This document shows positions 25,850 through 38,256 of a stretch of 64,000 nt of DNA, one piece after another. Position 1 is the stretch's first letter. Each line of letters starts with the position of its first letter. The position numbers were made by a program, and so were the translations under genes. This DNA comes from Callorhinchus milii (taxonomy: Eukaryota), in the NCBI RefSeq assembly GCF_018977255.1, contig NW_024704742.1:60018001-60082000 (forward strand). Reading direction: 5' to 3'. The notes under the pieces are model-generated. The model had not been told where the DNA came from. It worked only from the letters and a program-made list of their open reading frames with translations, and did not search any database.

Positions 25850-26475
25850 GAGTGGCCAAAGGCATGGTTAAAGAGGAAGGTCTTCAGATAGGACTTGAAG
25901 GAAGCAAGAAAAGGGGTGTGGTGGATAGAATGCAGGATAAAGTTCCAGAGTATGGGGCAGAGATGCTGAATGCCCGACCGCCAATGATGGGGTGGGACAT
26001 GCAAGGGACCAGAAGTAGGCCGGTGCCCACCGAGCGGAGGGAGTGGAAGGGCCGATATGGGGTTACTAGGTCAGAGAGGTAGGAGGGAGCGAGACCGTGG
26101 CGAGCCTTGTCAGTAACAACAAGGGTTTTGTACTCGATTCTCTCAGGAATGAAGAGTCAGTGAAGCGGGGCAAGAACAGGGGTAATGCGATGAAGCCTGG
26201 TGCAGGAGAGGACCCGAGCTGCAGAGTTCTGAATAATCTGCAACTTGTGGAGGGAAGAGTTGGGAAGTCCAGTGAGCAGGCAGTTGACGTGGTCAAGCCG
26301 GGACCTAATGAAAGCATGAACCAGACTCACGGTGGCCTGCGGTGAGAGGCAGTGGTGGAGGTGGGCAATGTTGCGGAAGTGTGGAAAGGTGGAATGGGTC
26401 ACGGCACGAATGTGGGTTTAGAAGGATAGCTAAGCGTCGAAAAGGACTTTGAGGTTTCGGATTGGTTCGGTGAAG
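25850..26475 (-). mobile_element. Older L2-clade LINE 3' fragment
   Basis: Encodes 'LVHAFIRSRLDHVNCLLTGLPNSSLHKLQIIQNSAARVL', followed by C-terminal motifs. Confidence 0.88.
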
Positions 26476-27064
26476 TAAGCTTCCATCAAGCTTCTATCTT
26501 TCATATACCTGTCAAGTTCCCTCTTGAAACCCACAATAGACTTTGTGTGTATACCTTACTTGGCAAGGATCATCTTACTTGGTGGGAGAATAACCGTGAA
26601 CATGAAATAATTGAATCGAATAATCTGTTTCCATGCTGTCACGTTCAATGCAATTCTATCTAGCTTCTCAATTCTTTTCATTATTTTAAACAGTTCAATC
26701 AGATCATCCCTATGACAATGCTTTATATCGTAAGATGCTACTATTCGGTCTATCAATGATACTCCTGACATGTTTTACTTGATTACTTTATTGTCATATA
26801 GCGGCATATCAGATTGTGTAATAACCTTAGATTACAAGCGTGATTCATATTACATTTCATGAAGCAAGTAAATGCTACTCCTTAAATATCTGCAGTTATA
26901 AAACCGGATAACTACTCATGTTCTCTGTAACATCCCTTTTCCTCTGGCACCTCTGGGCAAGTGAGGGAAATATGAGCAGGAGGGTAATATCGGTATCCAA
27001 TGGAATCTAACTATTCTGGGAAATGAAAGTGTGTGGATATTTCGCTGAAGTCATGTTAAATAAA

Positions 27065-28012
27065 TAATAATATTCCCTGCATTTAGTACAGCATGTTTCA
27101 CATTGGAAAGATATTACAGGATATACTGTATTTATGCACAAACACTGCAGATAATTTGTGCACAGCAATGTCTCATAAATAGCTATGAAGTGAATGACAT
27201 TTTAATTCTGTGAAATTGTTGCCCAAGACACTTGTAGAAACTCCCTCCTTGTTTTGAATAGTGCCATGGAAATTGTAACCTCCACCTGAATCAGCAGACA
27301 AAATCTCGGTTTAATGTCACATCTGAAGGACAGCATCTCTAACAGTGCAGCGTTGAAAGTCTCAATGTGCGCTAAAAGTTTTGAGCCCACAACCTTCTGA
27401 ATTACAACAACAACAACAACAACAAGATTCCATTTATAGAGCGCCTTTCACGTCAGGAGGACGTCCCAAGGCGCTGCACAGTTGGGTCATGACCCGAGCA
27501 GGGGGGAAATGGTCAGGGTGAGGGAGGGAAGGGAGGGAGAGAGGAGGGGGGAAATGGTCAGGGTGAGGGGAGGGAAGGGAGGGAGCGAGGAAATGGTCAG
27601 GGTGAGGGGAGGGAAGGGAGGGAGCGAGGAGGAGGAAGAGAGTCGAGAGGGAGCTGAAGGCACGGTCAAAGAGAAAGGTTTTGAGACCGGCCTTGAAGGA
27701 GGAAAGGGAGGAGGCGGCGAAGGCACTGGGGGATGGAGTTCCAGAGCCTCGGGGCTGAGAGGCTGAAGGCCCGACCACCGATAGTAGGGCGGTTGGGGCG
27801 GGGGACGTGGAGCAGACCGGAGCCAGAGGAACGGAGGGTACGGGCAGGTAGGTAGGGGGATAGTAGGTTGGAGAGGTAGGAGGGAGCGAGGCCGTGAATG
27901 GCCTTGTAGGTGAATAATAATAATTTGGTCCACAATCCATGAACTGTTTGTGGGTTACTGCTGTGTGCAATTGAATTAGAGATGAGAGTGCTAACAACTG
28001 ATCCCACCTGAC
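27065..28012 (-). mobile_element. Deu-domain SINE split by the L2 insertion at 27405-27971
   Basis: The head reads 'caaccttctgaatta' on the left and resumes as 'tgaattagagatgagagtgctaacaactga' on the right. Confidence 0.75.
27405..27913 (-). mobile_element. Young 5'-truncated L2-clade LINE with (TTG)n tail and triplicated 3' UTR unit
   Basis: Encodes 'TYKAIHGLAPSYLSNLLSPYLPARTLRSSGSG…'. 'gaaatggtcagggtgaggg' occurs three times. TSD TGAATTA lies at 27398-27404 and 27972-27978. Confidence 0.93.
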
Positions 28013-28189
28013 ACCTAAATTCAGCTGTGATTGCCCTCACAGTCCTATTACCGCCTGACACTCGCTGTCTCGGCTCACCATGAAAGATGGTCACATGATT
28101 GAGATACCAGAGCCATCACAGAACTGTTTGCCAGCATGAGTCAATGCCTTCAGGAGAAAACAGCAGTAAATAAAAGGCAATTACTATAT

Positions 28190-28362
28190 TAATAATAATC
28201 CTTGCATTTAATATAGTGCCTTATCACGTCCTTGAGAACTTCATAGAATATATTGTAAAATGAATGGACTGCATTTTGTGGGCGAAGTGCAGCAGCCAAT
28301 TGCACACAGCAGTAACCCACAAACAGTTCATGGATTGTGGACCAAATTATTATTATTTTTCT
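28190..28362 (-). mobile_element. SINE family A, 3' half
   Basis: Runs from the (AAT)n tail to 'ggattgtggaccaaattattatt'. Confidence 0.82.
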
Positions 28363-29470
28363 TGCAGGGTTTTAGGCACAAACAAGGAGATATTCTGTGA
28401 AGTGCTTTGGGACGTCTTGAAGACATGATAAGGCGTTATTTCAAATGGAAGGATTATTATTATTATGTATTCTTGAAGGTAGGGGTAAAGTGGCTTAAGA
28501 CTCAGCTGTCAATGGTGGGCCACCTAAATTACCAAATCATTCCTCTCCCTGGTTCCTTTCCTTAGACACTGCTCTATTCTGGAGAAATGTAGCTTGTAAT
28601 CTTCTATGGAGCAAGAGTTTCATAGCAAGAGTGAGCCTTTAAATAGCTTGAATGATTCTTTTCGACAGTTGAAAAGATTATACGACAAAGTGTAAAAGGA
28701 GCAGACTAGCAGAAACGTAACCGTCTTTCCAGGTCCTTCAGAGAGGAATTAGAGCCTTTCTCTGCTCAATACTGCAGTTGCCTTTAATTTGCCACTGTTC
28801 ATGCGTGATGTCCATCAGATAATAATGTGTCTGTGGAGTTTCAAAAGGAAAGTAAAACATAACATAATTTCAAAAATATATTCCGATATAATAGGCTGAA
28901 ATATTTTATTTATGTTTTGAAACCATAGACATCCTAGTACATGGAAAGAAATCATCAATGGCAATTGGACAGATCAGTTGAGAAATGTTCTTTCCTCCAT
29001 GACAGCAAAGATAAATTTCAGTGGAGCTGTCAAAGATTTGCTGACGCACTTAAAATGTGCCCAGCGTTATACAGCAGGGTTATTGAACTTCAATTTTAAC
29101 CTGATAGGCTATAAAAGCAGGGTTTCCTTTTGGGATACTACCACAGAATATAATCAGCAGCAGCCTGAAAAAACAGAGCAGACAGAATGTGGGCAGTGGT
29201 ATTGGAAAGGACAGACCTCATGAATTCATGGTGGAGAATTCATGCACAATTGATGGAGCTCATTGTGCTGAAATGGAGACAGGAATGACATTTTCATCTC
29301 TTCTGAGCTACAATTCAGCTGCCAACTCAAAGATAATAAAAAAAAAGTCACCAAGCTGTGGAAATCGAACCAAAGCTTTTCAATCCACTTAGTAAGAACT
29401 AACAGCAAATGTTAACAAAGGTCCATCTCAAGCATAGCTCTTTTACCACACTTTCAGTCAACATATATAA

Positions 29471-29783
29471 ATGATAATAATCCTTGCATTTGATATAGTG
29501 CTTTTCACGTCTTCTCAACGTCTCAAAGCGCTTCACAGAATAGACTGTAAATTGAATTGCCGTATATTTGTGGGCGAAACGTGGCAGCCAGTTGTGCACA
29601 GCAGTGTCCCACAAACAGTCGTGGATTGAAAATGACCAATTTTTTATTATTGTTTTGTTTTGGAAGGATTATTATTAGGGGTGTGGAGTAAGGAAACTTG
29701 CCGAAGGTTTCGTCCTGTCTGGAATTGAACCCAGGTGTCTCGCTTGCAAGGCCAGTGCTCTAACCACTGAGCTACAGGACTGC
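29471..29783 (-). mobile_element. SINE family A (short-body variant)
   Basis: Runs from the tail to the head 'gtgctctaaccactgagctacaggac'. It lacks the central segment, as do 37948-38256 and 42446-42729. Confidence 0.88.
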
Positions 29784-30198
29784 ACTTTCCCCTCTCCACG
29801 CGTCCTCTCTCAGCTCCCACCTCCAGCTTGGATGCTTTGTAAATGCTTTGTAAATGTAAATTGTATAGTGTTCCAAAACCCTTCAGAACACTATTATTAT
29901 GCAGGCCACTTTAATATAATAATGCTTCCATTTTTTGGTGTATGCTTTAAGAGCAGGATTATTTTTTCCCCATTTACTAGGCATACTATTTTGCAACAAT
30001 AGGAGAAATTCAGGGCATCTTGAAAGGGAATTTATTTTAAAATGATAAATTGCAACAGACTAAACTGTTCGGCAAATTTTTTTTCAGTTATCAAAGTTCT
30101 AGATAACTTTATCTAGAATACTTTAGCCCAAGGGAAGCAGTGCTCGCTGGTTCGTAGCTATTAGGTTTTGTAGCAAAAAGGTTGGAATAACGCTCCTC

Positions 30199-30575
30199 AC
30201 ATTGGCTCAGTGAATTGCTGAGCCATAAACCCAGGAAAGAACCAGTTTGCAAACCCCAATCTGGGCTAAGATGATTGATCCTCTTAGAATACTATGGGTG
30301 CTACAATTCTCTTCAACACTTCAGGTTATTGAGAGGAAACAATAGTTCTCAAAACCCACCGCTATTCAAAGACCCATTCAGGACGTGAAGGCATCGGGAC
30401 ATTGGCTGGGGGGTAAATATGAGACTCAACTTCAATAGTTGTTCTTCCACCCCATCCCCCAACCCCCCTTACCCCCACACCCCCAATCTTCTGTCTCCCA
30501 TCTTCCACTCCAACAATAGCGAATTGTTGCCAAAACTCACACGGGAATATGATCCACTTGGAATTCAGGTAGCTC
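30199..30575 (+). mobile_element. Ancient SINE resembling AmnSINE2
   Basis: Ordered motifs match the remembered AmnSINE2 consensus: 'ctgagccata…ccaggaa…cccc..tctg.gct.ag', 'ggtgctacaatt', 'cgctattca..gaccc', 'ctcacac…ccacttgg…aggta'. Confidence 0.5.
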
Positions 30576-31784
30576 CTACTGAACTCTATTGAAATAGGAG
30601 GGAAAAGGAGTCAAGTGCCTGGGAGAGGAGGAGGGAAGAAAATTAGTGATAACAATTCCCAATTTGCAGATTAATCTATGTACTCTGAAGTTCTGTTCCA
30701 ACGAACAGATAATAAAAAAATTATACAAAGGATACGATAGTTAGTGGTGTATAAGATTGCATTATTTTTATAAAATATCCTCTTTCATAATGTTTTAACA
30801 CTCGAGTTCAGTGTTGGAATCTGGTCTAGGTATATTGAGTTCTTGCTTGTAGTTTGTGCTGGAGGAAGGGAAAATGATCCTTGGTTGTGGTTGCACAAAG
30901 AGCATGTGAAACATAGGCATGTATCTCCCAAATACCCTTTACTGCACATTACAGTAAATCTATGAAGGGTTTTTAGATTTCCTCCTGACTTGAAAGGCAC
31001 TGTAACAAATGCAAGCAGTATTATTATTTATTATCATTATGCTTCACCTGCTTGCTGATTCTACCTCAGTGCTTTTGCACCACCTGTCATACTCTCAAAT
31101 GATTACAATAGGAGGAGAATAGCTGGGACATATTTCAGAAAAACAACGATGAAGGAGTGACAATTGTGAGATTGATCATGCTTGTTTCATTTCATAGCTC
31201 TTTGCGGTACATTTCTGTGTGGACATTGGCTGACATGTTTGCCTACGAAATGCACAGTCACTATGCTTTATAATAAATCCTGCGAAGCATTTTGAGACAT
31301 CCTCCGATGTGAAAAGCGGCGCAGCAAATGCATGAATTATTGATATTTCTTCACTTGCCTGCTGTAGTCCACTTCGTTGTATAGAGCTTTGCAACTAATA
31401 GAACCAGAAACAAATCTAAAGTGTATGCTTCATTTAGTCCAGTTTTGCCAGATGTTTCAGCCCAAATGGGAGCTGAGTCATCTGATTTTGTGAATACACA
31501 TTGTAAAGTGCTATAATCTGCAAAGCATCAGATTTACTGGGCGGGCTCCACAACCAAACCGAGTATTAAAACTGACCTATTTAGCTAACAATTAAGTAAT
31601 TTGGGCCTTGAATTGTTTTCACCAGGATGATTATGCATGCATTATTAAAGTGAAGGTGTTGTACAAATAACAAAGGGTTTTCATAAAAATAAATCAAACG
31701 AATATGAGAGAAGTCAGGATCAGCCCCAGAAAAGCTCACCTCTCTCCGTTAATATCTTACCCTTGTTTTTAATATCCCTGATGT

Positions 31785-32125
31785 CCCAAGCCCCACATCA
31801 GGACACACAGTCTAGGCTGACACTCCAATGCAGTGCCGGGGAATGCTGTATTGTCAGAAACGATATCATTCAGATGAGGTGTTTAACAAAGGTCCAATGT
31901 AGTCTGTCTGTTCAGGTAGATGTTAAAGATCCCATTGCAGTATTGAAAAGTGAAAGAAGTTTCTCCTGAAGTCCTGGCCATCAATCCTCCAGATAAAATA
32001 CTGATCATTCACTGCATTGCTGTTTTAGAGACATTGCTATGCACAAATTACTTGCTGAATTTGCCTACAAATTGCAATCAATACGCATTGCAGAAAAACT
32101 CTGTGAAGTGCATTGAGACATTTGA
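31785..32125 (+). mobile_element. Deu-domain SINE (family B)
   Basis: Contains 'tctaggctgacactccaatgcagtg…ttcagatgaggtgtttaac…ttcaggtagatgttaaagatcccattgc'. Confidence 0.78.
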
Positions 32126-33607
32126 CTTTGATAAAAGCATGGATTGCCGTGTTTCTTTACAATGGGGATCAGTTTTATGACTATTGTTTCATTCATTTAT
32201 CAGGCAAGCACACATGTATTTTGATAGGTGCTGCTAAATTGTTTGTTACCAGTTTGAAGATAACTTTATTTAATATGTTCCACAGTCCTAAGGTACAGTC
32301 AGCTGTTGATGCAGACATCCACGTGTGATAATATGACACTACCATATACAGCTACCTGCAAGAACAAACCACTGCAACACTGTCCGCAGAAATAATTTAA
32401 AACTGCACAGTAACAGGTGTAATGCATTTGAATGGGGAAATATCCCCATTTTAAAATAATATGTTTGATCCTAACAAAGGAAAATAAGCTTATGTTACAT
32501 CTAGTAATTTTGAATGGTTTATTCACAAAAAAACTCCTCTGAGCTGAATGTGCTGAATGTGCCAAACCATGGGCTGCTAGTTGTGAATACAACTGCTTAT
32601 TTCATTGTGCTTTTCACCACGAGGTGGACTCCATTCCTCCCCCATTGTATTCTGATGAGGATTGTATTATTACAAAGTCACTGTGGTCTTGGTCATCGCC
32701 TTATATTTTTTCACAGCATTTTGGCTTATAAACCATCTTTGTTAATGCTCTTTCATTCTAAAATAAATATATATATGAAAAAGGTTTGAAGAAAATATAT
32801 TGGAGTGGGACTGGATGGATTGCCCTGTCATTAAACTGGTACAGGCATGATGGACCAAATGACTCTCTTTCTGTGCTGGACAATGGTATGATTCCTGTCT
32901 ATTGTCTAAATAATGCATGTTGTTTTCATGCTTTTGTACAGTTACAGTTCAATGATTAAGTTTAAAATAATTGTTGCCAGTTTATTGGGACCTGGTGGCC
33001 AAGTGGATTAAAGCATTAACTCTTTCCTTTGGTACAAAGTCTAAACCAATGAATGTTAATTACGGGTTTTAAGCTAAATGAATTTAGTTCTTCATCAATT
33101 CAAATACTCAGCACAAAATCACTCTTAATTTGGTGTTAATTGCCACAAATTGTACAAGGATACTCATAGAGACCTTAAGGAGCATTACTGTAGCATACAA
33201 ATTTCACTGGGCCATTACATTGTGAATTTTGATGTCTAGGGTCAAAGTAATAGTAGTTGCAGCCCATTAAACATGTTTGGTAAGAGAAGAATGCTCTATT
33301 ATGTAATTGCTGGCATTTATCCTAATGTCACGTAGGCTCTGAACCCAAGTTGAGAGTTGACATGTCTCACAGTCGAGAGCCTGTCTGGGTATTGATTTTA
33401 GAAGCTTCTTGGCAGCATTCCTTGGTAAAGCTGTGATGCATCATCAGACCCCAGTGACATATGTTTTTTATCAGAACAAAAGCTGATAAGATTGTCTTAT
33501 CAATCATTTAAACACCGTTTTCAGGCTCTGTAAATGTTCTTCTGAGAAAGTATTGGCTGAAAAGCAAAAAAGGGGAAAATTGAAGCTAGACTAGTAATGA
33601 ATCACAA

Positions 33608-34018
33608 TAATAATCTCTGTGTTTGATTTAGCACCATTCACTTTGGGAGGTTACCTCAAAGCACTTTACACCAGATTTACTGTAAAATGTAGTGACTGCG
33701 TATTTTGTAGATGAACAAATGCGAACAACATTGTCACACAACCAACTAAGAAGTGAAGGACCAATTTTATCTGGGGTTCATCATCCAGCACAACAGGAAA
33801 AACTCCATTCTTGTTTTGCACAGAGCACGTGCACCTGATTGAGGTAAATAGGATCACAACTTAACATCTCATCTGAAGAATAACACCTCCATCATTTTAG
33901 CATACCCCCAGAATCTCACTAAAGTCGGCCATGTGATTTGTAGCTTCCGATGTGCGATTTGAATCCACAATCTTCTGACCCAGAGGTGGGAGTGTTACTA
34001 ACTGAACCAGATTGACAC
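33608..34018 (-). mobile_element. Deu-domain SINE (family B)
   Basis: Contains the tail, the core 'ttaacatctcatctgaaga…cacctcc' and the head 'ttctgacccagagg…actgaaccag'. Confidence 0.72.
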
Positions 34019-34331
34019 TCTCATAGCACAATTGATGTAATAATTGTCACATTGAAATCTTTATGAAACTTCACAAATGTTGCACTTTCTGGAATTATTA
34101 GATTTAATAACCCTCTCTCTGTTTTTTTTAGCAACATCAATATTAACATGCAGGAATTGTTACATAACTATGCACATAGAAATGATTGAGTTTATTACAG
34201 GAGTGTGTTGTGATTCTCAGTTACTGAATATGTATTCAGAGGTGACAACATTTATGCTAATCGAAATTATAATGTGCAGATTCTCAGGTTAGTTTGGCAT
34301 AAGTATGAGAATATCCAAGTCAGTTTAGTGG

Positions 34332-34706
34332 AGATGCTGGAAATCTGAAACAAAAACAGAAGTCGCTGAGAACACTCAGCAGGTCAGGCAGCATCTATGG
34401 AAAAAGGAAAGATAGTCAACATTTCGGGTCCACGACCCTTCGTCGGGACCTTCGTCATAGATCCGAAACGTTAACTAACTGCTGTTTTGGTTTCAGATTT
34501 CAAGCATCTGCAATGTTTTGCATTTTGTTCATATTTAATTCACTGCCACTTCTCTTCTAGGAATACCTACCTTGAAGAAGTTTTGCTCTTTTCTTCGACA
34601 AGTTCTGACCAAGGGTCGTGGACCCGAAACATTTGCTTACTTTCCTTTCTCCATAGGTGCTGCCTGACCTACTGAGTGTTCCCAGCGACTTCTGTTTTAG
34701 TTTCAG
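34332..34706 (+). mobile_element. Non-coding Penelope-like element remnant: one inverted and two direct terminal repeat pieces
   Basis: Same family as 15984-16226. It has an inverted unit at 34332-34448, an internally deleted direct unit at about 34454-34526, and a direct unit at about 34601-34706. Each carries a mutated or partial hammerhead motif. Confidence 0.72.
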
Positions 34707-34771
34707 TTTTGTGGCACAGCCTCAGTTTTTAATAATTGTGAAGTTTTACCATGAGCAATTTTCTTTTTTGA

Positions 34772-35162
34772 TAGCACTCTTAACTTGAGTCAGAAGGTTG
34801 AGTTCAAGCCCAAAGTCAGGACTTTGAACTCACATAGTCCAAGCTGACACTCCAGTGGAGTGCTGGGGAAATGCTGCATTGTTAGAAGTGTTGTCCTTCT
34901 GATGCAAAGTTAAACTGGGGTCCAATCTTTGTATACAGGTAAATGCTACTTGAAAAGAGAAGAGAAGTTCTTCATGTATTGTAGCCAACAAATCCCCAAA
35001 TAAAAATTGGTCATTCACTTTATGGCTGTTTGAAGGACATTTCCATTGTGCAAATTGGCTGCCACATTCACCAACATAATACACAATCACTACACTTCAC
35101 AGCAAAGCCTGTGAAGTGCTTTGAGATGTCCCAATATTAAATGCAAAGATTATTATTATTAT
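34772..35162 (+). mobile_element. Deu-domain SINE (family B), near full length
   Basis: Runs from 'tagcactct…gagtcagaaggttgagttcaagccc…gctgacactccagtg' to the (ATT)n tail. Confidence 0.8.
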
Positions 35163-36085
35163 CAGGAAGCTAACTATTATTAACAGAATAATTTCAGACT
35201 TCATCCATGCTTTTCAATTCTTTTGTAAAAAATAAAAAAAATTACCAAACCCAAACATAAAACATTCTGCTCGACTGTTAAGAAAAATGACTCACCGCTT
35301 CAGTAATATATGATTAACATCTGCTAGTATGAATAGTTTTGGTTGCAACAATATAGCGATATTCTTTATAGCTTTGTGTTGCTAAATAGCATAGGAGACA
35401 GTAATGACATTGGGGATACATTTGTGGGAGATAAGAACCAAGTCATGTGTTCCTAATTCACGAATTGAGTATGAGATTGTTTGCTGACCTTGGTGAATCT
35501 TATTTAACAATTGTTCTGTGTCCCAGTCTATTCAGAGAAAATACTTAAGGTTTGAATTTTAATCTCAGCTGTGCAATGGAAGAAAACTGCCATATTGCGT
35601 CAAAACATGTCTAAGCATTTCACAAGTGATTACTGACAAGTGCAGTGACTGTTTATATCAGCAAAGTTGGTAGCCAATAGCATCACCAATGTCAGACATT
35701 CCAGCCATGAAATGAATGAACAATTATTCTGGTGATCTCTGGACTAGGGCAGTGAAAAAAAACTTCTCTCTTTTTGACTATTGTCATGGTCAACAATACA
35801 TATTGTAACCCTAATCTCTAATTCCAAAGACCTCCAACAATCTAGTGCTCAATGGCTACTGGGTTATCATGCTGGACTATGAGCTCAATTTTAATCATAT
35901 TTTGTAAATTAAAGAAAACTTGAATTGGAGTTGCAGGATTTCAATGTTAAATAGCAGACCATTACATTTAACTTCAGAAATATATAACTTTGTTATTAAT
36001 TTTGCAAGCTCAGGAATCCTCAATTGGAATTGATCAATACAAAGATGGCCTTCAAATGATATTCTTCAGAAAACTGCATTAGTAT

Positions 36086-37307
36086 ATGGACCTCCTGGAC
36101 CTCTCCGCCATGTTCGACACAGTCGATCTTGCCATCCTCCTCCACCGCCTTTCCTCCATCATCCACCTCAGTGGGACCGCACTCGCCTGATTCAAGTCCT
36201 ACCTCACAAACCGCCAGCAGTACATCTGCACAAACGGCTTCTCCTCCCACTCTCACCCGATTACCTGTGGGGTACCCCAAGGATCCATCCTTGGCCCCCT
36301 CCTCTTTCTGATCTACATGCTCCCTCTTGGGGATGTCATCCGTAGACATGGGGTACATTTCCACATGTACGCAGACGACACCCAATTCTATTTTCCACCT
36401 CTCTTTGTGACCCCCAGTCCTCTGCTGTTCTGTCAGCCTGCCTGTCAGATCTCAGGGGCTGGATGAGCGCAAATTTCCTTCAGATGAACATTGACAAGAC
36501 AAAAGCCATACTCTTTGGCTCTCGTTAACCTCTAAAATCTCACAGCTCTCACCTCCTCCACCTACCCGACCTCTCCCTAAAACTCTCCGAACCCGTTCGC
36601 AGATTCGATCCCCAATTATCCTTCCTCCTCCACAACCGATCCATCACCAGCACTGCTTTCTTCCACCTCCGATGTATCGCCCGTCTCTGCCAATATCTCA
36701 CTCCAAAAGCCACTAAAATCCTGGTCAATGCCTTTGTCACCTCTCGGCTGGACTATTCTAATGCCCTCCTCACCGGCCTCCACTCCACTACCATCCATAA
36801 AATCCAGATAATTTAAAACTCTGCCGCCCGCATTCTCACCCATACCAAACTCCCCTCCCTGATCACCCCATTCCTTACCAGACTGCACTGGCTGCCTACC
36901 CCAGAGAGGATTGATTTCAAGATCCTCACCCTTGTATTCAAGTCCCTGCACTCCTCTGCACCCCCCTACCTCTCTGACCCCTTCTCTCCTCAAAACAGTA
37001 CCCGTTGCCTTCGTTCCCCCGGATCTAGCCTCCTCCTCATCCTCCTCGTCCTCTGCTCCACCCTTGGTGGCCATGCCTTCAGCCATTATGCCCTGAGGCT
37101 CTGGAACTCCCTTCCTCACTCCCTTCGCCTCGTTCCCTCGCTTCCTATTTTTAGGTCTCTGCTAAAGACCTTTCTTTTCAACCGGGCCCTTGGTCACCTT
37201 CCTCCCCCTTCCCTTGGCTCGGCTCCAGGATCTGTTACTGTAAAGTGCTCTGAGACGCCGTCTGGCATGGAGGGCACTGTATAAATCCAAGTTGTTATTG
37301 TTGTTGT
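36086..37307 (+). mobile_element. Older L2-clade LINE, RT domain to 3' end
   Basis: Encodes 'LLDLSAMFDTVD', '[13 protein letters not shown]', 'YADDTQ', 'SRLDYSNALL' and 'LHWLP', with stops and frameshifts. The tail is 'gtataaatccaagttgttattgttgttg'. Confidence 0.93.
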
Positions 37308-37414
37308 GACAAATCATCACTAAAAACAGAAGTGGATATAAGCTAGTTTATTTTGGTGTCCCCAGAATATTGCTTCAGCAATATTCTATTATGTGGAAGT
37401 GTGTAAGTCTGGCC

Positions 37415-37818
37415 CTTGCCTCCAGGTCAGACAATTGTGGGTTCATGCCTCACATCAGGACTTAAACTCACATAGTCCAAGCTGATACTCCAATTCAGTC
37501 CTGAGGGGCTGTTGTATTGTTGGACATGCCGTTCTTCAAAAGAAATGTTCATGTTCAGCAGACATTAAAGATCCCATTGGACTCTTCAATAAGAGCAGGG
37601 AGTTTTTCCCAGTGTCCTGGCCAAATAAAGAAACAATTGGTCATTTGTTTCATGGTTGTTCATTAGATATTGTTCAGCTATAATTGGGCTGCCGCAATCA
37701 CCTATAAATATTCAGTTACTCCACTTCAGCATAAAATCTGTGAAGCGCTTTGGGATATCTTCCTGATGTAAAAAGATCTATACCAAGTGAAAGGATTATT
37801 ATGTTTTATTATTATTAT
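37415..37818 (+). mobile_element. Deu-domain SINE (family B)
   Basis: Contains the head, the core 'cattaaagatcccattgg…gagcagggagtttttcccagtgtcctggcc' and the tail. Confidence 0.78.
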
Positions 37819-37947
37819 AAGACTGGATCTTCTGTGTTGGTGTTACAGAAGTTAAGGCAACTGTAAGATCCACTCTGGCTTAGGTTTTGTCTCTCTCTAT
37901 GAGCACATAACTATTCCTCTGAGCATATACCTTCAGTACAAAGAACT

Positions 37948-38256
37948 TATAATAATAAAAAAAATCCTTGCATTTGTTATAGCGCTTTCCACATCTTCTA
38001 GACGTCTCAAAGCTCTTCACACAATATACTGTAAAGTGAACTGACTGTATATTTTTGGGTAAAACACAGCATCCAATTGAGCACAGCAGTGTCCCACAAA
38101 CAGTCGTGGATTGAGTGATCAATTTATTATTGTTTTTTTCTTGAAGGATTATTATCATGCTTGTGGAGTAAGGAAAATTGCCCAAGGTTTCACTCTGCTG
38201 GGAATCAAACCTAAGTCTTGAGAGGCAGGTGCTCTAACCAGTGAGCTACAGGGCTC
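37948..38256 (-). mobile_element. SINE family A (short-body variant)
   Basis: Runs from the tail to the head 'gtgctctaaccagtgagctacagggctc'. Confidence 0.87.
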
